Shown in pieces: positions 12,845-26,035 of a stretch of DNA of 45,926 bases (within the stretch, counting starts at the first letter, position 1; each line of letters opens with the position of its first letter). The stretch is from Bugula neritina (taxonomy: Eukaryota > Animalia > Bryozoa): contig CAXIUT010000111.1 of NCBI GenBank assembly GCA_964035545.1, positions 1 to 45,926 of the forward strand, given 5' to 3'. The notes beneath the pieces were generated by a model that saw nothing but the letters and a program-made list of their open reading frames with translations, was not told the origin of the DNA and did not search any database. Made by a program: the position numbers and the translations under genes.

Positions 12845-13840
12845 TCAAAAATACTTCCACTTAAGTCCCTATCTTAGTCCACCTCTTCCATTCTCTCCTA
12901 AACATTTACTCTATTCTCCACCATTTATATTCCCCATCTTACTATTCTAATTTCTTCCCCTTCTATAATTCTCTTTCTCCTCTCTATTTCTATTCATAAA
13001 GGAAGACTTCATACTCTGAAGATAGTTATTCGAATTAGTTTGATTCGATTGCATCGTAGCTTTACTCTGATTAAGTTCATAGTCCTTTTGCACCAACTAT
13101 CGCTGCAGATGTTTTGACTCACATTCTGCCTTTGATATTTTCTATCTAAATCGCATTTAGTTCTATGACAATGACGATAATGCTATATCTCTTTCAGATT
13201 CCATCTGTTTTAACTTAGAATAACAAGTTCTTAACTGTTTATTGACTCCTCTTAACTCCTAGTTATTATTTTAGTTTTGCTACTATAAAGCCTAAATCCT
13301 CGCATCCCTTTCATCTATTTTTTTCATCATCTATTTCTTCTCAGTTATGCACTAGTTATGATTCTCCTCATTCTATAACAACATCTTGTTATAGTGGTTT
13401 AGTAGTTCTCCATCTTTGCAGATAGAACACTGCCCAAATGTCTGCTTTGATCCTCTACATCTTTTCAACTACTCTGACATCATCTCGTTTTGTTTTTAAA
13501 GATTCTACAACTCCTGATTCAATTTCCAATACCTCAACCCATAGTATTCTTCCTGTTTACTCAACTTCAACTAATACTGCTTGATCAGCGATTGAGTTCT
13601 TAATTAGTACTCCTCTTGTGCCAACTTAACATAATATCCAGGCTAAACCTATGACTACTCAGTTCTTATAGTTTTATGCTATCTCTTTATTTGCATGCTG
13701 GGTCGTTCTTCAATAGACTAGTTAGTTTTCAGTCGTAGACATTTGCTGATGGTACGAGGTGGTAGATCATTTACAGATCCATTTTCAAAAGAAAAAGAAG
13801 GTTATTGAGTTGGAAAGTAATTGCTTGTTCTTTGGTCCAT
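12845..13840 (-). CDS. Coiled-coil hypothetical protein, 331 aa
   Basis: Uninterrupted ATG..TGA frame under TAR=Glu; E/K/Q/L-rich heptad-like composition. Confidence 0.75.
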
Positions 13841-14399
13841 CTAACGATAAATTATATTATACCAAATACATAAATAAATAGATCAATTTTACCCTAATTA
13901 TAGTATTTAATCAATTACAAATGACTCTAAATCAAGAGATATTATAATTTTATCTTTGATTTTTTTAGTATTTTTTACAATAAATCTGAGAGCTTACCAC
14001 TTAATTAAATAGTTTTAAGAACAAAAAATAAATAATAATCATATATTGATTATCTCGATAATATTCCTGAAACTTTAGATAGATCTAGTTATAGTAGATT
14101 GCTATTACTCTAATTCTTATTTTTGATAAAAAATAAATAATCAAGGTTTGTACCATATTATTGCTTATTTCTACAATATGTAAAGACGATTAGCTCTTTA
14201 AATGAAGAAGTAGCATTTATTCAATTGTTTTTATAAAAACTATAAAGATCAAATATTAAAATATTTTTGTTTTTGTGATTAATAAAATAAAATCTATCTT
14301 AAAGTATATTTTTGAGCAATAAACTAATAGTTCTCTTGCTTTATGAACTAATTTTTAACGAAAGGCTATAATATTTTGAAGTTTTTAAGCGAATCGTCC

Positions 14400-15526
14400 A
14401 TGAACAACATGAATCAAGAGTTAGAATAAAGCAGTTCTTTGGCAACAGACAATGATTTCGAGCTAAGGATGATCTAAGACGAATAAAATTGTAAAGGCGA
14501 TGACGGAAAAGCAAATTCTGTGTCAAGATAAAGGTATGATCTATCAAATTTTCAGCGAAAAAAAAATAATAAAAATCAAAAAAAAAGATTTTGACTTATT
14601 TTATAGACCTCAAATAGAAAGACTACCAACTTTCGACCATGTGACGAACTTTTTAAATGTATATGTTTTTCTAGAAAGATTTTGACAATCAACGAAAAAG
14701 CTCTCAAGGATAAAAACCATGAATAATCTTTCTATCAATCGTTGTTTTATACTAGACCTGTTTAAAAAGTAGAGGTTAGATAAAACTTTATTGTTTTGCA
14801 TCTAATGTTGATGAATATTCCTCAATGTTAGCTTCAAGAACTAAAAATAAAATATTTAATTTAGCGACTCATGTCTTATGGAGATCAAGAGTTCTGTCTA
14901 TTGGGGAGAGAATTAGAAAAAACAATACATAAAATTCTAAACTTTAATAAGAAGAAAAATAGTATAAAAGATGCTAAGTATCAACCTCTCTCATCTTCCA
15001 TTGATCAACTAGAAGACAAGCTTTGTATCTGTGATGTAGCACCTAACAAGTTGGTGATATCGAAGGCTTTACTTGAACTACTAGGCTAAGATGTTGAAGA
15101 CTATGCTCTCTAACTGTGCAAATACAAGGCTCCTTTGAAAGAGTACAACCAGTCTTAACCTAGAATCATTACAGCATCGAATTACTCTCTGTTCATCACC
15201 AAGTCTGTCTAGAACATTGGCATTTTCTGTGACTATCTCTAAGGTAAAATAGATCAACAAACTTTGAGATAAAAGACAACTCTTGAATTCAGTGACTACC
15301 TCATCACCAACTAGAATGTATGTTTGAGTTTATTCAGAAAAAGATTGAGTGTAAGCTTAGACTTCACATGCCTCATCCTTTCACTCATTGTGTTGAAATT
15401 TTCGATGTTGAGCTATCTAGAAATTGCAAAGCATTTTAAGGTTAAAAATTATGCCCTTAAAAATCATTTTAAGTAAAATATATGATTCAAGAGGACAATT
15501 CATAAGAAAGCCCTGAAAGACTATGA
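14400..15526 (+). CDS. Unknown protein family Y, copy 1 (~355 aa)
   Basis: Intact frame with three 20-22 nt introns (first 14534-14555); paralogous to 16691-17818 and 39281-40409. Confidence 0.8.
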
Positions 15527-15616
15527 TTAAGTCATCTATATTCTAATTTATTCTTCTTTGTACAAAACATTAATATCACATAAAATGTATGAACTTTATT
15601 TTGTAATATTAGAGGA

Positions 15617-16440
15617 ATATTTAATCTTATCTAAATCATTATTAATGAAAGATAAAGAAGTAATTTCTCTTGATATTGAGAATAAAAGAACATTGAGAAT
15701 CATTTATCAGTGGTGATTGAAGTAGAACTTAAATGAGTGCTTTCTTCTTATAGTTGATGTTTGGTGTGTTGACTTATCGTCTTGAACTTTTCTACATTGA
15801 TAAAGGATTGGTTTCTATACTGTTTGTAGACAGGCGATTCAGGCAAGAGAGCTGCCACTTTTTTCATTTAAAATTGTTTTGAATCTTTAGGTGTGAACTC
15901 TAGAGAGGAAAGAGTGCCCATGATAAGTTAGTAGTCATGGTTAACTATTGGTTCTCTGATAGCAAAGAGTCGACTATCTTCTTCAATCTGAATATACTGA
16001 GTGGTAATCTTAAGATCTAAACTATTACTAACTTTATCAATAAGTCCATTGACGATTGCATACTAGTGTTCTTCAAGATGACTGTACTTTTTTGTAGATC
16101 CAATGAAGAAGAGATTGAGGACATTATTGTAAACTATTGACCACTTCCCAGGTTAATGTCTCGGGTATAACTATTCTATGAGAGTTTGATTGATCAGATT
16201 TGTGTTATGTGAAGGTTGCTGAGATGATTGCTTTGCTTTCTTTTTAGTATTTATAATAAATTAACTTAGACAGTTACACAATTTATGAAATATTAATAGC
16301 ATTAAATTTAACAATAATCATTTTTTGATCATATTTAAGGTACGTTTAATCTATTTTAGCGATAGTAGGTTGTTATCATTTAATTTTTATATAATAAAAT
16401 ATTTTTGATTCGACAAAAGATAAATATTAAAGATTTATAG
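15617..16440 (-). other. Inverted chimeric duplicate (POC1 fragment + 3' gene X) containing an ATG-initiated ORF 16302-15700
   Basis: Reverse complement matches 10915-11670 and 38410-39100, with the same 108-nt deletion. A 5-nt duplication (aaagc aaagc) places an upstream ATG in frame with the gene X segment. Confidence 0.75.
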
Positions 16441-16690
16441 CCCATTATTGCTTATTTCAAAACAATTATTAAGATAATGAACCTTTAAAAAGAATTTATT
16501 GAACATATCATTATATTTTATATTTTGAGAATAAATAAATATGAAAGGGTTAAAATAATGCTGTTTGAATCAACTAGTAGGCAAATTATATCTAAGATTA
16601 TCATTTCTATTAGTACTCAGATATTCCTATTATTATATTAGGTATTTTTCATGAAAGGTGATTATATTTTCAGAAGTTTCAAAGACATCC

Positions 16691-17818
16691 ATGATTAACA
16701 TGAGACAAGGCTAAGAAGAAAGCAGCTATCTGGCAACAGACAATGATTTTGAATTAAGAATGATCTAGGATTAAAAAAATAACAAGGGTGAAGACGGAAA
16801 AGCAAATTCTGTGTCAAGATAAAGGTACGATCTATCATATTTTAAGTGATGAAAGATCCATAAAAATCAAAAAAAAAGATTTAGGCTTATTTTATAGATC
16901 TCAAGTAGAAAGACTACCATCTTTCGACCATGTGACCAACTTTCTAAATGTACATATTTTTCTAATCAAGATTCTAGCAATCAACTAAAAAGCTCTTAAG
17001 GACGAGAACCATGGATAGTCTTTCTATCAATCTCTATTCTACACTAGACCTGTCGAAAAAGTGGAAGTTAGACAAAATTTTATGGTCTTGCATCTGATGT
17101 CAACAACTATTTCAAAAAATTAGTCTCAAGAACTAAAAATAAAATATCTAATAGAGCGATTCCTGTCTTATGGAGATCAAGACTTCTATTAATTGGGAAA
17201 ATAATTAGAAAAAACAATACAAAAATTTTCGAACTTTAATAAGAAGAAAAATAGTATAAAAAATATCAAATATCAACCTCTATCATCTTCTATCGATCAA
17301 CTAGAAGACAAACTGTGTATCTGTGACGTAGCACCTAACAAGTTGGTGATATCAAAGGCTTTGCTTGAACTACTTGGGGAAGATGTTGAAGACTATGCTC
17401 TCTAGCTTTGCAAATACAAGGCTCCTTTGAAAGAGTACATCTAGTCTTAACCTAGAATCATTACAGCATCGAATTACTCTCTGTTCATCACCAAGTCTGT
17501 CTAGAACATTGGCATTTTCTGTGACTATCTCTAAGGTAAAATAGATCAACAAACTTTGAGATAAAAGACAACTCTTGAGTTCAGTGACCATCTCATCACC
17601 AACTAGAATGTATGTTTGAGTTTATTCAGAAAAAGATTGAGTGTAAGCTTAGACTTCACATGCCTCATCCTTTCACTCATTGCGTCGAAATCTTCGATAT
17701 TGAGTAGTCGATAAACTGCAATACTTTCTCAAGTAAAAAAGGTTGTCCTTATAAATCTTTTAAAGCAGAATATATTATCTAATAAAACGATTTATAAGAA
17801 ATCCCTGAAAGACTATGA
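16691..17818 (+). CDS. Unknown protein family Y, copy 2
   Basis: MINMRQGEEESSYLATDNDF..KLCICDVAPNKLVISKALLELLGEDVEDYALELCKYKAP..LHMPHPFTHCVEIFD..ERL*; same three intron positions as copy 1. Confidence 0.8.
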
Positions 17819-18028
17819 TTAAGTCATCTTTATTCTCTTTATTTATATTCAATATTATTAAAAATTATTCTATTAACAATAAAATCAATATCCATATAAA
17901 CTTTGCATTAAATATTAGTTCTTTTATTCCTTTTATTTCTTTTCATGACTAGAATAACATTATATCTCTCACTTTAATAAAACTAAACTAATATTAAAAA
18001 TTATAATTGTTGATAGATTATAATCACA

Positions 18029-19015
18029 ATGAACTCATACAACTCATACCAGTAGTACCAATCTCCCGCCTCAAAATGGCCCTATCTCTAAGCAAAATCC
18101 TACAACGACTGGTAATCTATCCTCTAATCCCTCCCACACCTAAAATCAATCTCAAACTTCACAGCAGACCCACAATAAAAAACAAATGGAATCATCATAA
18201 GAAGTGCTAACGATGATAACGTCCACAAGGTACATTGACAATAACGAAAGGCAATAAAGTATGGAATATGGACAACTACTCCAAAAAATCGTAATAAAAT
18301 TGAACAACTATGGTAGAGAAAGGTATCATACAATATAAACACATATTTATTTTTCAGTGCAGTAAAAAGTGGCATGTTCTAAGGCGTCGCCCGTCTTAAA
18401 TCAGGATATCACGAGTAAACCTTTCCTTTTTGGTGGTAAAACCACACTTTAAAATTCAAAGGATATTTCTAAATCGAATGGGTATATATCAAAGATATCA
18501 ATAATAAACATTTTAATGGGTTAGTTAATACCTAAGGAGAAGAAGTTATCAGAAGTAAAGATTGTGATTTGTTGGACCATGAGACTACGAAGCAGATGTT
18601 GGACATTTTTTATAAAAAAAATAGAAAAAGAAATATTTTTGGAGATTTTGTGTTTATGGATTAAAGAGAAACTCAATATATCAGAAAAATGTACTAAATG
18701 GCAGCATACTATCAATATACCCCCAACTACAACTACAACAACGGCTACAACAACGGATACAACAACGGATACAACAACAACTATCGACAAGATATCACCC
18801 AACTGAATCTAAGCAATTCATATGGACAAATCAACCAATCCAACCAAAATAACAACTACTACAAACCAACCACAATGCCAACCATGACACTTCCTAACAA
18901 TGGCAATGGCAATCAACCGATGATGATACCCAATGGAATCATGAAACCTAATTAGCCAGGAAGCAACCTTGGATTCCAAATGAATCCTGTCAGCAAGAAC
19001 AATAAAAAGAAGTGA
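18029..19015 (+). CDS. YTH-domain m6A reader (YTHDF-like) with N/Y/Q-rich tail
   Basis: IIIRSANDDNVHKAIKYGIWTTT..YLFFSAVKSGMFEGVA..FKGYFEIEWVYIKDI..IFGDFVFMDERE; 21-nt intron 18230-18250 containing an in-frame TGA. Confidence 0.92.
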
Positions 19016-19079
19016 TCATACCATCTATTGTTTATAATATCTTTGATATAAGAGTTTTATGAGTCATAATCCATATCTA

Positions 19080-20994
19080 TCACTTATCCTACATCATTTT
19101 AGCAGCAGTTTTAGTAAAAGTTGTATGCAATGATTTCTTAGCTGCCTCCTGGAACCGTCTCTGCTCCAATTGCACCTTCTTAGCCAGTCGACTCCTCTGA
19201 ACGTTAGGCAATAAAAACGATTGCACCAAATCTTTTATCAATGTCTCATTGTTATTATACCTACGCTCAAAAGACTACAAATGCTGATTCATCTCCTGCT
19301 TACGAAGATTGGCCATGATCGATGCCTGACGATCAGAAGCACGCTCTACTGTATCATTTATTATCCAGTTCAAGTAACTATCAACCGTCCCCTGATTCAT
19401 CTTCACAACCTACTCGTATAAACACTGCTCTCTTGCCCGGATTATCTACTCAGCATTTCTTCTACCAGCCTATTCAATCTCACGATTTCTTCTTTCATTT
19501 TATGCTTCATCCACCTTCTCTTTGATCTTTTTCTATTAAGTAGCTCTGAGTAGTTTCTTTGATAACTCATCCAATGTCTAGGCTATGATTTCACCTTGAA
19601 GTCCTTCATACATAGCATTTCTGAAACGATCTTAGTGTTCTTTAAGCAAAACTTCTTCAGATTACTTCTCATCCAAATCAGGAATCTTTGCCACTATCAA
19701 CAATTCTTCAATCAAAGCCAATCGCTTTTATTTACCCTCATACATAATATTTTGTTGGGCACGACCTCGAAGAATTCTCTGTAAAAAAATAGCAGCCACC
19801 TCACGTTTGATCTCATCTTTTGTCGAACTTGACTCCTTTTGTAACTATGATTTAGATAACCCAGTTTTGAAGTCTTGAATGTTCATATTAGAATCAGTTT
19901 TGTAGTTTGGTGTACTTGGTCTAGCTATGACGTTACGCAAAGCTTCAATATCATTACTTACAACTTATTCTTCCTTCTTTTCTGGTTTTAACTGTTTATC
20001 AATATTTTGCTGGGCCACTTCCAAAGCCTTCTTATGAGTAATAGCCAATCTAGCTTATTTTTCTTAAGGTTTATGTGGTTTTTCAGCTGGAACTTAGATT
20101 TCTGCTAGCCCACCATAAGTATTCAAAGCAACAGGTTGAACTTAATACTTATTAGCAAGTTTATCAAGTGTTAAACCTTATCGACTAATACCAGCATACA
20201 CATTTGATCCATAATTTGCATAATCTTCAATAATATCTCTCAATTTTACATCTTACTACTCTACTTTTCTTGATTTAAGTAACTTTCTTAATAATTTTAT
20301 CTTCTTTCTTTGCACTTTAGCTATCAATCGATTCTTTTGCTAAGTTTTACGAATCTTTATATCCTAAATCCTCTGAGCATTCTTATCAGTTATGTCTTTC
20401 TCTCTTTATACTATAGCTTATTTGACTAACTCCAAACCTTCCCTATGAACTTTTTTTATCTAGTTTTATTTTTTGGACCATTATCTCACTTCTTGGTCTT
20501 CCATCAATCGTCTCCTCAAATTGAAACTCGCCTAGTCAGAAATAGGAGGCAAAGCATTATCAAACCAAGTCCGTTACCTATTCAACTAAATGTTGTCCAA
20601 CACATCAATAGTAGCAGGAAGACCATTTCCATAACTTAAATGCTTCAAAGTCAAAACCTATGGCTTCTCACCCTATCTATAGATCTCTTCAGGCGAATAT
20701 GGATCAGTTTGACACTAAGATTCTCGAAATTATGTTTGAATCTATATCTCTTTAGTATCGCTCTGAATGAAAATATATGTACCTCAATGATCTACTACTC
20801 TTAAGCTGCTTGGAAATTTTACTGAGATAACTATTGAACTGGAGGAGCCAAATGCAAAGGTACCTCACTCATTGTAGCAACCAAAGGCTTTTTAACAAAA
20901 TCAAGACTAAATAGAAAGATAGCTACCGGTGAGAACCAGAAACATAAGCAACGCTGCTACCTCTCATCTGAGAAGAAAGGACCTGTCCGTTCAT
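19080..20994 (-). CDS. CFAP91: Cilia- and flagella-associated protein 91 (MAATS1/AAT-1 family)
   Basis: RESECQTDPYSPE..PEVLTL..GLPA..LPPISDEASFNLRRRLME; RDIIEDYANYGSNVYA; LQRILRGRAQQNIMYEGKEKRLALIEEL; two 20-nt introns near the 5' end. Confidence 0.9.
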
Positions 20995-21107
20995 AGCTAT
21001 ATTAATTTTATAACTTACTTCAATTTGTTTTCTGTTTAATCGAAACTAAAACCTCTGAAACACAAATCCATTATCACATATCAATTAAACTACAGATAAA
21101 AGAAATA

Positions 21108-21788
21108 TCATTTTCTATGACTCTTCTGAGTCGGCGGCTTTTTACCCTTATTTTTAACCTACTTGATATGACTTCGATTAATTCCTTACAATTTAGAACT
21201 ATCTGTCATCGACTTTGATTTATATGACTCCAACATACTCTTCTCTTCTTTGATTATGACAGAATCATTCTTGCTTACTGATGTCAAATGGTTTATATTT
21301 TGCTTTTTTAAATGATAAATCTATTTTTTTAATTAGTTGTTCTCTTAGATTAAAAATTAGTACATTTTTAATAACTATCTAGAACTGTTATCGATTTGTG
21401 GTTTATTCTACTTTTTACCCTAGAGACCTTATGTTAACTAAATCAGTATTTTTGTATTATTTTGGATCAACTATCTTTTCTCACTCTCTACATTTCGTAA
21501 GATATTTCGCATTTACTAGATTACCCTATCTTTCTGATTAATCACATTGGCTAGCTTTCTAATTTAACTCTAGTGCACTTTCTATACTTATTATATCCTC
21601 TGCTGACATATTTTAAAATTCTAATTCAAACGACTATCCACCCTCTTATCCAACTTTTGATTCAATTTATCCAACTGATACCTACATTTCTACAACTCCC
21701 TCCTCATCTCCTCTTTCTACTTGATAGTCGTCTATTTATATGAAATAAAATCACCAAGAAGTTGCTGGTAATTCTGCTATTATTACAT
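21108..21788 (-). CDS. Coiled-coil hypothetical protein, 226 aa
   Basis: MEEEQNYQQLLGDF..KEEMRRELEK..; uninterrupted to TGA at 21108-21110. Confidence 0.7.
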
Positions 21789-21824
21789 ATATTATTTAAA
21801 GAATTCAATATATAAGAAGAATCA

Positions 21825-22977
21825 TCATTTCTTCTGTAGTATATTGAAGAAATACTACACTTATAATGGCCCATCTTCTGGTAAATCTGTACAATGTACC
21901 CCATTTTTAGCCTTATCACGACCAAATACCGCTCTCAGTGACTTAGGACGAACAGTACGAGCCAACTACGGATCATGAGGTCCACACAGCTAACGAAGCG
22001 ATGCCACCACGTTCTACTGTCGCACCTACAAAGCAATACATGCTCCATTGGTCAACTCCTCAACCATCTGATTATACTCCCCAACAACTCCCTTATACAC
22101 TTAAAGAAATTCCTATAACTAAAATAATAAGATACATCAGCAGCAGGTCGATCAAGCCAGAACATTTCAGCGGCACTAATTTAAAATCCAGAAGTGAGAA
22201 CAGCATCGATAACTTGTCCAATATAATTTTAAGTAATAAGTTGAGGTTTGATAACCAAACATGAACAATTGTTAAAATACGCTGGAGATTGTATAGTAGA
22301 TTTAGCAGAAAAAAACAAATCGATTTATTTTGCAGCCTGTGATGCAGATTAGCTAACAAGTATGGCTCTTTTGACATCACTTGATCCAAATTTCGATCGA
22401 ATTGCATTTCCTATTTCTTGTGCCTTGTTTATAACATTTTCTGATAAGATCTATATCGCGAGTACCAAATCTGATCCCAAAAAGTTAACCAACTAATTAC
22501 AATATGGTTTTCCTTTATGATTTTAACATAATCTATCTGCATCTGGTTTTGCCAATTTAGCCATTTTGAAATTACTAATAGTCACACCACTTTCTTAGAT
22601 CAAGTTAACTATCTTACCGAAATGCATGTAAACATCTGGTGTCAGTAGCATCAAGGCCCTAAAATAAAAAATAAATATACTTTCCACGTTGCATATCAAA
22701 TTTATTTCTTGTATACTAATCAGCATAATCAATTATCTTCAGTTGCCTCGAATAGACGTTGAGAATGGCACCAACAAAGAAATCTTTCATCTGAACTGTA
22801 GAATATTCACAACGTTTTAGAAAGACTCGTTTGTTTTTTAGATCGTACTATACTTAAGATAAATAATACCATTTCTATTGTCTTGTCCTTTATGAAATAG
22901 GTCAGATTGTAGGTTCTCACTAAGGCAGCCGCTGAATCAAACCACTCCACAACAAAAACAAATCTGTCTTCAGACAT
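21825..22977 (-). CDS. NME7: Nucleoside diphosphate kinase 7 (DM10 + NDK domains)
   Basis: MSEDRFVFVVEWFD..IEMYDLKNKRVFLKR..VYSRQLKIIDYAD; C-terminal LCGPHDPELAR..GVHCTDLPEDGPLEVEYFF; short introns. Confidence 0.92.
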
Positions 22978-23059
22978 CAGTTACAATATTATTATCAAAT
23001 ATTAATTATCAAATGATATCTTCATAACCTATTAATAATTATGATTCATTTATGGCAAA

Positions 23060-23839
23060 TCACAGTTCATCACGGGTGACTTAATCAACTCCTACAAGTG
23101 GAAGACTACCCCCAACAAGAGTCAAGATGGTATCAAGATCAAAAGTTTATTTATGCCAGCTATGTCTCAAAACAACAGGTTGAGTATTTCTATCAATCAG
23201 ACATTTAAATTTACCATTGATTTCAATTTCAATAGGATGAGTATGACCTTTATCAACTGCATATCCATATGATATCTCTCTCTCTTGATTCCTAAAACCA
23301 TCATCGATATTCTCAACCAAATGCCATTTGTCATGCTTACTCAAAGCTACGATATGAACATCGCTATCGATCCACTCAATCGACATAAGCGTATTAGAAC
23401 AGCGATAGAGAGAATCAGATCTCAGCGCTGGAAGTTATTGAAGAAACGATGGCAATAGGAGATGATAGGGTTGATTTTAATACTGAACCTAAAGATAGTG
23501 AAAATGTCTCGATGGATTATCAGATGAAGATGGATTGTTTTATTTCCGATAGAAAGCCATATGATGTTTACCTTAATGTTTTTAATTAAACAAGATAAAT
23601 TCCTCATTCAAATTAGGATGGAATTGCAAATTATCACCATATGAATTCACAGTAGTCCAATGATTACCACCAGGTATTATTCGTTGAGAATGTAATTTGA
23701 ATTATGTTTCTTTCTATACTACCATTTTTAATTTGAAGGCGTAGTTTGTGTGCGATGATTGGATTGAAAGGGGAAGCTTCTTTGTGGTTGCTATTGCTAG
23801 AATTGATAAAAGAAGGGCTAAAAGAGAAAGTTTCTTCAT
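23060..23839 (-). CDS. Putative ER-lumenal protein (signal peptide, C-terminal RDEL), 259 aa
   Basis: MKKLSLLALLLSILAIATT..; ends VDEVTRDEL* at TGA 23060-23062. Confidence 0.75.
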
Positions 23840-24068
23840 GATTTTGTTGGGTTTTTTTAAATTTTAAATTATATATTGGAAATGGATTATCATACGTATG
23901 ATATTTATTGGAAAAGATTTATTTTTTGAGATAAAATTAGCCATATCTTTATGATTATTTTTTGATAGATGAATTTTGTTAAGACTCTCAATAATTATCA
24001 ATAAAATTTATCTGAATGTAAAGGTAATTTATGAATCAGATAGTTATTACAACTATATTCATATCTCA

Positions 24069-24503
24069 ATGTCAAAAACTCTGATCCTTCTCTTAGTATT
24101 ACTCATTTCAGTTTCAGCCAACTTCATGCGTACCCATGATTACTGGTATACAGCCCAAAAAACTATCGTCAAAACCCATGCCCCTCTCACAGATTCAGCA
24201 TGGAACTACTGCGACCTAAAATGTCTCTACCTTGAACACTACTTCTCAGGCAATGATTTCTGTTTCATAACTTTCTCACAATCAATTTTAAAACCTAATT
24301 TCGGAGTATGCTATGTGGTAAAGACTGACAGTTCAGGCAAAAAGAGTTATGCTTTATGGAACACAGTGGCTACAAATAAGTTTTTTGATGAGTATTGCGG
24401 TAAAGAAACAGAAGATTACTATGCCTTGAGTCAAGGATAAAGTCCAAAATATAAAGTTTAATCTATTTAAGGCTAAGGAATAGGAACAGAAGTCGAATAT
24501 TGA
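24069..24503 (+). CDS. Small secreted Cys-containing protein, 144 aa
   Basis: Signal peptide MSKTLILLLVLLISVSA; reads through the TAA where the ORF track stops, to TGA 24501-24503. Confidence 0.75.
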
Positions 24504-25132
24504 TTAAATAAACATAAATTTGATAACTATCATCTCTATCAATAAATTAAACAGATAAATATTAAATATTTTGATTAATTAGGCATTTTTATGAGTTGTT
24601 TGTTGTTTATTTTTGAAAGAATAGATGTTTATTTATATAATTTAAAATTATCAGATTAAATGTGAGTTAACTTTCATAAGTTTATCAAAATGTGATGATT
24701 ATTTAATATTAAGTTTAATTTTAGTAGGAGATAAGGTATAAATTATAAGTTTATTCATTGTTTTTGAAATAAAAAATTACTTAAAATATCATAAATATTC
24801 AATTTTGAGGTTTAATCTCTCATCTAATTAAAAATAAAATATTTTTATATCGTTATCATTATATTTTATAAATAATTAGAGATTTATGTGATAAAAAAGT
24901 TAATTGTCTCTTATTTTCATAAACATGAGATCTTAAAAATATTTGAACTGAGCATTATCAATTTCAACTCATTAATAACCAATCTATCCCATCAAATAGC
25001 CATTTTCCACTCTATAATAACCAGAAAACCATTTAAAATAACCAACAATTACCCAACAAACAATATATTTATCCAACAAATAATCCTTTAATAATCTATT
25101 ATTAAATGTAGAAATCAATTGATATGAACATA

Positions 25133-25814
25133 TCAATTGCCCTCATGTTTTTCCTGATACAACCAAGGAAAATGCATCATCGGTGGAGGCCCCAACCACA
25201 ACTGCGGCATCATCATCGATTGCTACTGCTACTGCTCTACTCTTTCCTCCTAAATCAACAACCTAGAAGCCTAAGTCACATTAGCCAAAGATCTCTTCTT
25301 ATTCTTCTCCATCTATTTTTTCACCTTGCTGACTATCTACTCAGCCAATGGATGATCTTGCTATCTAGTTGCCGTAGTGAACGCCGATCCAATCTATTTT
25401 TCAATATTTTTACTTGGATATTAAGTAATTCAAGGTGATAGTTTTTTTAGGCCACTTTATTGGCTATTTCTGCACAAAGGGAGCTAAAGGTGAAATTGTC
25501 ACATTTGAGTTTACGTCTAAAGTATCTGAAGAAGAGAGAATATACCTACTGAATTTAGTATGTGGACAGGTAATGAATGAAGGATGGCTGGTGTGGGCTC
25601 GTCCGAAGATAAGTGCCAGTAGACGGGAGAAACCATCATTGTTATCAGGTTGGCTTTACTCATCTTTATAATTCGGAACATATTCCTGACTCTGACGTAA
25701 AATACGTCTTTTAAGAGTAGCAAGAAGAACCTTGACCTCAGGATTCTACGAGAGGCATAGAGTGCACTGCTATTGCTTCATCTTCACCAGCCTAATTATA
25801 TTATATCCTTTCAT
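25133..25814 (-). CDS. Hypothetical protein
   Basis: Open frame after removing two 20-nt introns (gtatattctctcttcttcag, gtaaaaatattgaaaaatag); start at 25814 or 25781. Confidence 0.6.
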
Positions 25815-26035
25815 TGGGAAAGACTACAAATTAATAAAATTAATCATCAAACAAAAACTACTATTTTATTTACAAACTTTGTCAAAATCAATATATTGAC
25901 ATATCTAAAAAGTTTGTTTGGATTCCTAGAATTTTTAGAACAAAATGCCATGTTACTTGCTATTTTTGGTTTTGATATTGATAAATAAAATTAAAAATAG
26001 ATTTTAAATTATAGTCTTAGCCATTATCAGCTTCC

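Noticed and set aside
10915-18330. Transposon or endogenous virus explanation for the inverted repeats
   Set aside because: The repeats consist of host gene fragments (POC1, YTH, genes X and Y) with introns. No transposase, integrase, RT, capsid motif or target-site duplication was recognised.
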